A stretch of 64,000 nt of DNA from an uncultured Verrucomicrobiae bacterium (GTDB lineage: Bacteria; Verrucomicrobiota; Verrucomicrobiia; Limisphaerales; Palsa-1400). The notes beneath the pieces were generated by a model, which saw only the letters and a program-made list of their open reading frames with translations, made no database searches and was not told the origin of the DNA. The DNA lies in assembly GCA_963707025.1 (NCBI GenBank), contig CAVPOM010000018.1, positions 640,001-704,000 on the forward strand, written 5' to 3'. The translations under genes and the position numbers were made by a program. Position 1 is the stretch's first letter, and every line of letters starts with the position of its first letter. Shown here in pieces: positions 36,355 to 46,315 of this stretch.

Positions 36355-37860
36355 TCAGCAGACGCGGATGACTTCCATTTGCAGGAGCTGGCCGAGCTTG
36401 CCGATTTTGTCCGCCAGGCGGCCGGCGCCGACGGCGCAATGATGGGCGGGGCCGTGGTTGCTCCAATCGTTGACAAAGCGGCGCGCGCCCAGGCTGAAAC
36501 GGTAACGGCTGTTGGTGTTGCCGATTTCCAGAATGGGACCGGGCACCGATTCGGCCTCCGCCACGAGAAACTGCAATTTTCCGCCGGCGGCCTGCACGAC
36601 GGAAAGAAGCGTGACCGGGCCGTGCTTGACGGACATTTCCACAGAGAGGCCGCCGCCCGTTTTACCGTGATAGACCTGCAACGGGCGCACCTTGGTTTTG
36701 CCCTGGGCGATGCCGAGGTGGCCCGGTCCGTCGTGGCCCATCAGCACCACATCGTCCTGGAAGTCCAGGGCGTAGAATTCGGTGAAGGAACCGCCCGCCT
36801 GGAAGCTGTCCAGGATTTTCATGGCCTGGACATTCTTGATTTCGTATTCCCCGGCCACGGGGATGCCGCGGGCGGTGAGGAGGGAGTTGCCCAGGATGAT
36901 GGAGCTGATGGCGTCCTGGTTTTCCGGGTTGCCGGCGCCCGAATAATAATAGGCGAGCGAGCCGAGCTGGTGGCGCTGGACCAAACGATCCAGGGCCACG
37001 GAGGTGCGGGCGGCGCGTTCCAGTTCGCGCGGCGGGCAATCGGGCTGCACGGCAAAGACGCGGCGGAACCGCGCCACGCGCGCTTGGCATTGCGCGGCGG
37101 ACACTGCGCGGCGGAGGGCGGCCAGTTCGTCCACTTCGATGTGCTCGACATGGCCGCCGAAGGTGGCGCAATGCTGGGTGATGTCGGAAGCAATATCCAG
37201 CATGCCGCCGTAATAGTGGCCCATCAAGCCCAGGCGGTTGTGAGACATGAGGCGGGCCACGCGGGCGGCTTCGATCCAGGCATCCACCTGCTGCCAACAA
37301 GGCGGATCCTCGCGCAACAGGCCGGTGATCTGGTGGAAGGGGATGCCGCAACGAAGGAAGACGCTGGCGATTTCGGGCATGGGGCAGGCGCCGCAATGGG
37401 CCAGCCATTCGCCGGTCATGGCGGTGCGGCCGGCCATTTTGTTAAACGCCGCGTAGTCAATGGCCGGCGCGGGTTGCAGATTGAGCACAATGACCGGGAC
37501 GCCGGCGCGCCGCACCACCGGCAGGACGGTGGAGGAAAGGGCATAAGTGGTGAGGTGCAGAAAGATGACATCCACATCCTCCTGGCGGAAGCGATGGCCG
37601 GCTGCCATGGCCTTGGGCGGAGAGTCAATGAGGCCCAGGTTGACAATTTCCACCCCGGGCCGGGCCAATTGATCGGCCACAATCTGAACATAACCCTCCA
37701 ACCGCCGTTTTAAACCCTTGAACTGCGGCCAATAACTGTCCAGACCAATGCCGAACAGGCCGGCGCGCAATGGGCGGGAGGAGGATTGCGGATTATTGAT
37801 TGCGGATTGCGGATTGCGGGATGGGAGGGCATGCCCAGGGAGGTATCGGCGGTTGATCAT
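36355..37860 (-). CDS. L-fucose/L-arabinose isomerase family protein
   Basis: GLFGIGLDSYWPQF, AGEYEIKN, SFTEFY, MGHDGPGH, GPAHHCA; start uncertain (a heptamer repeat lies at 37782-37820). Confidence 0.85.
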   Translation of the reverse strand: MINRRYLPGHALPSRNPQSAINNPQSSSRPLRAGLFGIGLDSYWPQFKGLKRRLEGYVQIVADQLARPGVEIVNLGLIDSPPKAMAAGHRFRQEDVDVIFLHLTTYALSSTVLPVVRRAGVPVIVLNLQPAPAIDYAAFNKMAGRTAMTGEWLAHCGACPMPEIASVFLRCGIPFHQITGLLREDPPCWQQVDAWIEAARVARLMSHNRLGLMGHYYGGMLDIASDITQHCATFGGHVEHIEVDELAALRRAVSAAQCQARVARFRRVFAVQPDCPPRELERAARTSVALDRLVQRHQLGSLAYYYSGAGNPENQDAISSIILGNSLLTARGIPVAGEYEIKNVQAMKILDSFQAGGSFTEFYALDFQDDVVLMGHDGPGHLGIAQGKTKVRPLQVYHGKTGGGLSVEMSVKHGPVTLLSVVQAAGGKLQFLVAEAESVPGPILEIGNTNSRYRFSLGARRFVNDWSNHGPAHHCAVGAGRLADKIGKLGQLLQMEVIRVC

Positions 37861-38192
37861 CTATGCAGTCTTATACTCCAACTTCGAGCGTCGGCGCAAT
37901 AGACGATGAAGAAAGGCCGGCGGGGCGGCAGGCTGGCGGGGGTCAGCGTGAACAAGTTGTGAATAAAATGTGAATAATCTGGTTGAAAGTTCGCGCCCGG
38001 TGTACTTAAATAGCAGCGCAAAGTTTAGGACATGCCGTGTGGCCACGGCAGGCTCAGGAGGGGCCGGATGAGGGGTTGGAAACCACTTCTCCCTGACCCT
38101 CCTGCACAAGTGTGCGGAGGAGAGGGAGAACAGGCGGGAGGTTTCCCTTCATGAGCCAGCCGCGCCCCGGCGGCAATTTATGCCGATTTATC

Positions 38193-38220
38193 TTGTCAGG
38201 CTTGGTTGGTGGCGTACTAT
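38193..38220 (+). promoter_or_regulatory. Putative sigma70 promoter of the ketosynthase-kinase operon
   Basis: TTGTCA-16bp-TACTAT, about 230 nt before the ATG. Confidence 0.5.
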
Positions 38221-38447
38221 ATGAGTTGGAGCACAGCTAAGTTTACCAGGTGTCCGACTGCCATTGGCGATGGCAATCCTTCCCTCTTATTCCCTGCTCG
38301 GGAAAGCCCTGGGCGTCATTTTGGCTGTGGGCCGGTTTGGCTCGGCAAAGCACTGGACAAATTAAGGCAAAGGATTGCCAAAGGATGGCCAGCATGCTGG
38401 CGAGCCGGTCCGTATTTTGTTGTTATTATTATCAACCGCCGAAACCA

Positions 38448-39701
38448 ATGAGCCTGGACAGCACGCAACGCCGGGTTGTGATTACGGGGATGGGTGTCAT
38501 CTCCCCCAGCGGGCAGGATCTTGTCCGTTTTTGGGAAAACGTCCGGGGAGGCGTCAGCGCGGCGGCCACGATCAGCCGGTTCGATGCGAGCAAACTCCCG
38601 GTCAAAGTTGGGGCGGAAGTCAAGGATTTCGACATCGGGCGGTTCACCTCCGCCAAGAAATTTGGGCATTACGAATTGACGGTGCAATTCGGCGTGGCGG
38701 CGGCGTCGCTGGCGGTCAAAGATTCGGGGGTTGATTTTTCCAAGTTGGACCCGGATCGGACCAGCGTGGTGGAGGGAACGACCATCAGCGGGGCGGTCAG
38801 CGTGATCCACCTGCGGGACAGCTACAATTCGAGCCAGCACAATTACCGGGCGCTCCATCCCTACGATGTGGTGGGGGGTTATTGCGGAGAAGGGAGCAGC
38901 ACCATCGGCCTGCTGCTGGGAATCCACGGCAACGCGGTGACGTATTGTTCGGGCTGCGCTTCCGGCAACGACGCCATCGGCTACGCGACCCATCTCATCC
39001 GCTCCGATGACGCGGACGTGGCGGTGGCCGGGGGATCGGAGGAGATGATAGAATTGATGCACATGAGTTTTTGCCGGGTCCGGGCCATGTCGGAGCTGGA
39101 AGGGGATCCGGCGCGGGCCATGCGGCCTTTTGACAAATCGCGCGATGGCTTTGTCCTGGGGGAAGGATCGGCCTTCCTGGTGCTGGAAGAGCTTGCGCAT
39201 GCCATGGGACGCGGGGCGCGGATTTACGCGGAAATTGCCGGGCATGGCCGAAGCTCGGAGGCTTATCACCCGACCGATCCGCATCCGGAAGGTTTGGGCT
39301 ACCGGCGTTCCCTGGAGAAGGCGTTGCGCCAGGCGCGGCTGAACCCGACGGAGGTGGATTACATCAATGCGCACGGCTCGGCCACGCCGCTGAATGATCC
39401 CATAGAAACCATGTCCATCAAACGGGTCTTCAAGGATCATGCCCGGCAGTTGGCCATCAGCGCGACCAAGCCGGTGACGGGTCATCTGATGGGGGCGTCG
39501 GGCGCCATTGAAACGGTGATCAGCGCCTTGACGCTGGCGCACCAGGAGATTGCGCCGACCATCAACCTGGAGGACCCCGACGAGGCTTGCGATCTGGATT
39601 ATGTGCGGGGCGAGGCGCGATCCTATCCGGTGCGGGTGGCGGTCAATCTCAACGCGGGATTTGGCGGACGCTATGCGTGCCTGGTGCTAAAGAGAATGTG
39701 A
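38448..39701 (+). CDS. Beta-ketoacyl synthase (FabF-like, divergent)
   Basis: RRVVITGMG, catalytic Cys in SGCASG, RPFDKSRDGFVLGEG, INAHGSAT, TGHLMGASG, NAGFGG. Confidence 0.9.
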   Translation: MSLDSTQRRVVITGMGVISPSGQDLVRFWENVRGGVSAAATISRFDASKLPVKVGAEVKDFDIGRFTSAKKFGHYELTVQFGVAAASLAVKDSGVDFSKLDPDRTSVVEGTTISGAVSVIHLRDSYNSSQHNYRALHPYDVVGGYCGEGSSTIGLLLGIHGNAVTYCSGCASGNDAIGYATHLIRSDDADVAVAGGSEEMIELMHMSFCRVRAMSELEGDPARAMRPFDKSRDGFVLGEGSAFLVLEELAHAMGRGARIYAEIAGHGRSSEAYHPTDPHPEGLGYRRSLEKALRQARLNPTEVDYINAHGSATPLNDPIETMSIKRVFKDHARQLAISATKPVTGHLMGASGAIETVISALTLAHQEIAPTINLEDPDEACDLDYVRGEARSYPVRVAVNLNAGFGGRYACLVLKRM

Positions 39702-39708
39702 TAAAGCC

Positions 39709-41913
39709 GTGCATTTTCATTTATTTGACGTCATAAGAATTACGGCGCTGCTGGCGACGCTTTTAAACGTCGCGCTGATGTTGTTCGTGCTGGGGCGCGA
39801 TTTCCGCTCGCGGCTGCACCGGGTTTACCTGTTGTGGGGGATTGCGGTGACGCTGTGGAACCTGGGGGTCTATCATCTGAGCGAGCAGACCGACGTGCCG
39901 ACGGCATTTTTCTGGGCCAAGATACTGCAATTGGGCGTGATCTTCATGCCGCTGACGCTGATTCATTTGTGCGCCGTGGTCTCGGGAACCCGGACCGCGC
40001 GGTGGGTTTTGCCCGTTTTGTATCTGATCCACACCGGATTCGCCGTCAGCCTTTATTTCAACTATTTCATAACGGGGGTGCGGTGGGTGAATGAAAGGGG
40101 ATATTGGTCGGTGCCTGGTCCGATTTTCAAATTGGATGGCATCTTCTACGTTATCTTGACCGGCACCGGGCTGGTCATGCTTTATTGGAAACAGAAATCA
40201 TGCCCGCCGACGCAGCGGACGCGGTTGCGCGCGATGCTGCTGGCCATTCTGGGGATGTGGGTTTTTGGGACCAACGATATTATCCCCATCCTGGGCTATG
40301 ACACTTATCCCGGGACGAAAATCCCGTTTTATCCGCTGGGAAGTTTGTCGGCGTTGTTTTATGTGGTGGTGATCGGCTACAGCGTGTTGCAGCACAAGCT
40401 GCTGGACATTCATGTGACGATGAGCCGGTTTGCCGCGCAATTTGTGCGCCTGGGTTTCATGTTCCTGACCGGACTGACTCTCCTGCTGGTGATCGAGCAT
40501 TTCGCGCCGGAGAACAGCTTTACCTCGATCTCCTTTGCCACCGCCATCGTGGTGCTGCTGGCCAGCGCACTGGTGGCGTCGCTCCTTTTCCCGCAGTTTT
40601 TTGGCAAAGGGGCGGACAAACTGGAGCGGCAAATTTTGGGAGACCGCTTCGAGTATCATGCGCGGGTCAACAGCGTGATCGAGACGATCCGCTCGCTGCC
40701 GGAACCGGAACTGGCCCTGCAAGAACTCAACGACCTGCTGGTGACGACCATCCGGGTGCGCAGTTATCAGATCATCCTCCTGGACGAGGCCAGCCGGGGG
40801 TTTGCCCTGCTCCACTGCCATCCGCCGCGGGCCGACCAGGCGCTTTCGGACTGGCAAATTGAATCGCCCGTTTTCCGGTATTTTCAGCAGACGCGGGTGA
40901 AGTATTTGTCGTGCAACCCGGTGTATGAAACGGACAATGAATCCATGCTGCAGCGGGACGCGCGCCAGCAGTTGGGGGCCTTCGAGCCGGAATTTTGCTT
41001 TCCGTTTTTTTCGGGGAGCGATTTGGTGGGATTTATGATGCTGGGAGCCAAAACCAGCGGGGACCTTTTCACGCCGCACGACCTGCGGCTGCTGAGCGAG
41101 CTGTCGGCCAGCCTGGGCATCCTGCTCAATCAAATCCGGCTGCGCCACCAATTGCAGGTGGTCCACGAGCAGGATTTGCTGGGCCGGATGTCGCGCGGGC
41201 TGGCCCACGACCTGAATAATTTGTTGACGCCGGTGCAAACCCTGCTGCAACTGCTGAGGGAATCGGCCCTCAACCAGGCGAGCATTGACGAGCTGCTGCC
41301 GGTCGGCCTGCGCAATCTGGAGACGGTCCGCACCTACGTCAACGAAGCGCTGTTTTTTTCCCGCGCCTCGCAATTGCAGGGGACCCTGGGCCTGCTCAAC
41401 GAGACGGTGCGCGACGCGGTGGCGCTGATCCAACCCGCGGCCGGGGCCAAGGAGGTGGAAATCCTTTTCGACGGGGGCCGGGAGGCGGAGGTGGAAATGG
41501 ATTCGGTCTTGATCAAGCGATTGATCTACAACCTGCTTTCCAACGCGGTGGACGCCTCGCATGCCGGGGGCCGGATTGAGATTCAACTGGCGGCGCTGCC
41601 CAACCGGGAGTCGCGCCGCGAGTGGCACCGGATAAAGATCGTGGACCACGGCGAAGGCATCAGCGCGGAAAACCTGCAGCGGGTTTTCACGCCGTATTTC
41701 ACCACCAAGAACACCGGGGACGGCAAGCGCGGCTTCGGGTTGGGCCTGGCGATTGCGCGCAAAATTGTCCATTTGCACGGCGGCACGCTGAGCATTACCA
41801 GCAAGGTGAAAGAAGGCGCCACCGTTCTGGTGGATTTGCCCAGCAAACTGGAGCCGGCCCAAAACGGCCTGCGGGTGGGGGTGGAGCCGAACGGGGAGGC
41901 CGTCCCGGCATGA
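39709..41913 (+). CDS. Membrane sensor histidine kinase (7TM-type N-terminus, GAF, HisKA, HATPase)
   Basis: About 9 TM segments, LAHDLNN, NLLSNA, DHGEGI, FTPYFTTK, GLGLAI. Confidence 0.92.
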   Translation: MHFHLFDVIRITALLATLLNVALMLFVLGRDFRSRLHRVYLLWGIAVTLWNLGVYHLSEQTDVPTAFFWAKILQLGVIFMPLTLIHLCAVVSGTRTARWVLPVLYLIHTGFAVSLYFNYFITGVRWVNERGYWSVPGPIFKLDGIFYVILTGTGLVMLYWKQKSCPPTQRTRLRAMLLAILGMWVFGTNDIIPILGYDTYPGTKIPFYPLGSLSALFYVVVIGYSVLQHKLLDIHVTMSRFAAQFVRLGFMFLTGLTLLLVIEHFAPENSFTSISFATAIVVLLASALVASLLFPQFFGKGADKLERQILGDRFEYHARVNSVIETIRSLPEPELALQELNDLLVTTIRVRSYQIILLDEASRGFALLHCHPPRADQALSDWQIESPVFRYFQQTRVKYLSCNPVYETDNESMLQRDARQQLGAFEPEFCFPFFSGSDLVGFMMLGAKTSGDLFTPHDLRLLSELSASLGILLNQIRLRHQLQVVHEQDLLGRMSRGLAHDLNNLLTPVQTLLQLLRESALNQASIDELLPVGLRNLETVRTYVNEALFFSRASQLQGTLGLLNETVRDAVALIQPAAGAKEVEILFDGGREAEVEMDSVLIKRLIYNLLSNAVDASHAGGRIEIQLAALPNRESRREWHRIKIVDHGEGISAENLQRVFTPYFTTKNTGDGKRGFGLGLAIARKIVHLHGGTLSITSKVKEGATVLVDLPSKLEPAQNGLRVGVEPNGEAVPA

Positions 41914-43940
41914 ACACCGTGGTCGTCATCGCCCCGCAGCCCGACCTGACCGCCGCCGTGCGCGCCGCCCTGGATCCTGCCCTCTACCAGTTGATCCAGC
42001 AGGCCGAATTAACCGAGGATGAAATGCGGCTCTCGGCCACCTCGATTGACGCGTGCATTTGCGAGGCGGATTTGACGACGGTGGAGCCCATCCGCACCAT
42101 CAAGCGTCTGCGCCGGATACTGCCTCATTGTCCCTTGATCCTTTACGCCGCCGCCCCGGGCCAGGAGTGGGAAGAGGAGGCCTACATTTTGGGGGCCAGC
42201 CAAATCCTGGCCAAGCCGGTGCGGGCACCTTTGCTCAATGCGGTGCTGGGGCGTCTGTTGGCCGACAAAGCCGCGCTGGAACATGCGCCCGCCGACCCCC
42301 CCCATCGGGCCGAGGCGCGGCCCGCGGCCGAAGCGAGCCAAATCCCGTCGCCCACCCTGGAATTGTTGCGCAATTACTCCTCCATTCTGCTGCACGATCT
42401 GAATGCCGAATCATTGCTCAAGGAGTTTTTGATCTCGCTGCGCAAGATCATCGGCGTCAACCGGGCGGCCATTTTCCTGCGCCAGCCGGCCGGGTCGCTG
42501 ACGGACACGCCGGAGCCGGTGGGGGCGCGGCGCCTGCACTCGGCGTGCGCCATCGGGCTGGCCCCGGGCCTGCTGGAACATTTTGAATTGTCGCTGGAAT
42601 CGGGCATCGGGGGTCATCTGTTCCGGCACGGGCGGATTTTGCGCTGCGAAAGCCCGGAGGCGGAGCGCGACTCGCAGATGCGCAAGGAATTCGATCTGTT
42701 GAGCGCGCAGGTGGCCATTCCGGTGCTGGACCGGGAATCGCTGGTGGGGGTGGCGGTGTTTGACGGGCACGTCACTGGGGAGAGCCTGAGCAAGGAGGAA
42801 TTGCAACTGGTCTTCCATCTGCTGGAACAACTGGGCCAATCTGTCAAGAACATCTGGTTGCACGACCAGATTGCGTCCGACCACGACATGATGTCGGACA
42901 TCCTGCATCAATTCAGCAGCGGCTGCGTGGTGGTGGGCCGGGATTTGACCGTGCTCCATGCCAACGAGATGGCGCGGAACTGTTTCCCCGGGCCGGACGC
43001 GCTCCGGGGGCGATGGAATTCAGCGATCTGCCCCAGGCCATCGGCAGCCGGGTTTTTGAAGTGCTGCGCACCGGGGGGACCATGCCGGCCTATCGCTTTC
43101 AGCCTGCCGGGCATGCCGGACAAGCGTTATCTGGTCACCGCCACCCCTTTCAAAAAGCGGCAATCGGCCGTGCCCAACGCGGTGCTGCTGACCATCGAAG
43201 ATTGCAGCCAGACCGACCGCCTGCGGCAATTGGAAGTGGAGACGGCCAATTTGCGGCTGGTGCAGGAAATGGCGGAGCGGCTGGCCCATGAAATCGGCAA
43301 CGCGGTGCTGCCCATCTCCACCCACCAGCAATTGTTGAAAGAGCGCATAGATGATCCCGACTTCCAGCAGTCGCTGGCCGACGCCTTGCAGGAGGGCGTT
43401 AAGCGCGTCTCCCGGCTGGTCAGCCAGATGCGCTATCTGGCGCGCGACCGCATGGAACTGGTCGAACCGGTGTCGGTGAAACAATTGATCGAAGAAGCCT
43501 TCCGCGAAGCCCGTTCCTATCATCCGGCCAGCACGGTCCTGTTGCATTTCGAGTCCAACGAGATGCTGACGGTGGCGTGCGACCGGGTGGGCCTGCAGCA
43601 CGCCTTTGCCGAAATCATTTTGAATGCGCTCCAGGCCAACACCCAGTCCTGCCAGGTGCGGGTCCGTTCCAAGTCTGAAACCGATGCCAGCGGCTCGCGC
43701 TGGGCGCGCATTGAGGTGCAGGACAGCGGGGCGGGATTCAGCGCCGAGGCGGCGGACAAGGCCTCGCGGCCGTTTTTCACCACGCGCAACGTGGGCCTGG
43801 GCCTGGGGCTGGCTGTCACCAATAAAATCATCCAGACGCACAGCGGCAAGCTGGAAATCCCGCCGCCCCAGGACGGGCAGCCCGGTTTGGTGCGCATCTC
43901 CCTGCCCCTGGCCCCCGTGCCCAGCCTGCCGCAGAATTGA
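41910..43940 (+). CDS. Cytoplasmic kinase: pseudo-receiver, GAF, PAS, HisKA, HATPase
   Basis: ATGA overlap with the previous gene; LAKP, LAHEIGN, DSGAG, PFFTT, GLGLGL; two compensating frameshifts at about 42990-43105 (alternate frame EFSDLPQAIGSRVFEVL). Confidence 0.85.
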   Translation: MNTVVVIAPQPDLTAAVRAALDPALYQLIQQAELTEDEMRLSATSIDACICEADLTTVEPIRTIKRLRRILPHCPLILYAAAPGQEWEEEAYILGASQILAKPVRAPLLNAVLGRLLADKAALEHAPADPPHRAEARPAAEASQIPSPTLELLRNYSSILLHDLNAESLLKEFLISLRKIIGVNRAAIFLRQPAGSLTDTPEPVGARRLHSACAIGLAPGLLEHFELSLESGIGGHLFRHGRILRCESPEAERDSQMRKEFDLLSAQVAIPVLDRESLVGVAVFDGHVTGESLSKEELQLVFHLLEQLGQSVKNIWLHDQIASDHDMMSDILHQFSSGCVVVGRDLTVLHANEMARNCFPGPDALRGRWNSAICPRPSAAGFLKCCAPGGPCRPIAFSLPGMPDKRYLVTATPFKKRQSAVPNAVLLTIEDCSQTDRLRQLEVETANLRLVQEMAERLAHEIGNAVLPISTHQQLLKERIDDPDFQQSLADALQEGVKRVSRLVSQMRYLARDRMELVEPVSVKQLIEEAFREARSYHPASTVLLHFESNEMLTVACDRVGLQHAFAEIILNALQANTQSCQVRVRSKSETDASGSRWARIEVQDSGAGFSAEAADKASRPFFTTRNVGLGLGLAVTNKIIQTHSGKLEIPPPQDGQPGLVRISLPLAPVPSLPQN

Positions 43941-43972
43941 GCGGAGCCGGGCGCCTGAGCAACGCGCCCGCG

Positions 43973-45141
43973 TCAATTTCCTTTCCACCATGTCCGGATG
44001 TCATCCGCGGCCTGATGCGCGAGCGAAGGGAGGCTCCGAACCGCCTCGCGCAATTCCGGGAAAAAATGGACGGCCAGCCACAGGAGGGCGGCGGCGACCG
44101 CGAGCCAGACCACCGCATCCAAAAGAAACACGAAGGACCAGGCCCAGTTCGACCGTCCCAAACCGCGATGGCAGGCGCGCTCGCGCCACTTTCAGCGGAC
44201 CCACGAGAATGCCGTAGGCGACGAACAGCAGCAGCGCCGCGACCCACACCGGCACGTTCGCCAGGCAGGGCCAAGCCCGAACACGGTGCCGGTCGCCAGC
44301 AGCGAGACCATGGCGCAGATCCACAGGACATTCGCCGCGCCGTGCAGCAACGAGAGCAAGGGCAGCGCGAAGCCCATCCCGGGATGAACGGGGGCATGCT
44401 CCGCCCAATAGCTATGCCAATTATAGCCGCCACTGGTCCGCGTTCGCCCGCATTTCCTGCCGGAACCGGCGCTTCCATTCCCGGCGCGCCTTGCGGTCCG
44501 GGAAGCCTTTCATCGCCTCGTAATAGCCTTCTTTCGCGCGCCGGATGAATTCCTGCGCCGTCGATGGGGCGCCGGACGCCGCCGCCTTTTCTTCCGGCGA
44601 CCGCGCCTCGGGCACGACGAATCGACCATCACCAGATAGACGAGCAAGCCGGTGCCCCAAAGCATCGTCAAAAGAACGAAGGCCAGCCGCACGAGGGTGG
44701 GATCAATGTTCAGATAGGCGGCGATCCCGTTGCAGACGCCGGCGATCATCGCGCCCTCGTGGATCCGATACAGCCGCCTGGGCGGCCCGCTGTGTCCGGC
44801 CGTTTGTTCTTCTCCCGCCGTCTCCTGTCCGCTCGCGCCGCCGGGGCGCCGGCGCCGCTGGCGCCCGGGTCCGCGGCTTCGCCCGAGTCCGCCTCGATCG
44901 GCCCCATCTCCGCCAGGACCGCGGCCACTTCCTTGGTCTCGACCACCGTCTTGTCACTGCCCAACAGCGCGCGGAACTTCTCCGCGATCGCCCGCTCGAT
45001 GTCCGAAAGAATTTCATCCCGATCCGGGTTGCGCTGCAGCCGCGCGGCCGCGGTTTCCAGATAGGCGCGCAGGGCATCATAGCCGCCTTCTTCGAGCTGA
45101 TAGGCGGTGCCGCCCAGATTGATCGTGATAACCTTGTTCAT
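43973..45141 (-). CDS. PspC-domain membrane protein (multiple frameshifts)
   Basis: MNKVITINLGG..EILSDIERAIAEKF; IAGVCNGIAAYLNIDPTLVRL; the pieces fall in at least five successive frames. Confidence 0.75.
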
Positions 45142-45156
45142 GGTGTTGTCTCCGTT

Positions 45157-45483
45157 TTATTTCTGTCCCAGTTTTTTCACCGTCCCGTTGATTTTGCCCC
45201 AATACTCCAGCGTTTCGCGCAGTTGCTCCCGGCCTTTCGCGGTCAGCTGGTAATATTTGCGGGGCGGCCCGGCCTCGGATTCCTTCCATTCGTAATCCAG
45301 GAGCCCTTCGCGGCGCATCTTGCTCAGCAACGGATAGAGCGTGCCTTCCTGGGTGGCGAATTCGGTCGCGCTCAACTGTTTCAAGATGTCCGCCACATAG
45401 ACCTTTTCCGCCGCAATGATCTGGAGCAAGAGCAACTCGAGCAGACCCTTCCGGATCGCGGAAAATTTTTCATTCACGCTCAT
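45157..45483 (-). CDS. PadR-family transcriptional regulator
   Basis: RKGLLE, EGTLYPLL, GPPRKYYQLT. Confidence 0.92.
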   Translation of the reverse strand: MSVNEKFSAIRKGLLELLLLQIIAAEKVYVADILKQLSATEFATQEGTLYPLLSKMRREGLLDYEWKESEAGPPRKYYQLTAKGREQLRETLEYWGKINGTVKKLGQK

Positions 45484-45500
45484 CGTTAAAATATCGAGCA

Positions 45501-45527
45501 AGCTACCTTTTTGTATACAAGGTAGCT
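45501..45527. promoter_or_regulatory. Probable PadR operator
   Basis: AGCTACCTT...AAGGTAGCT inverted repeat just upstream of the start. Confidence 0.6.
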
Positions 45528-45556
45528 GGTCATCCAAAAGGCGTCAAGGGGAAAGT

Positions 45557-46315
<759 letters not shown>

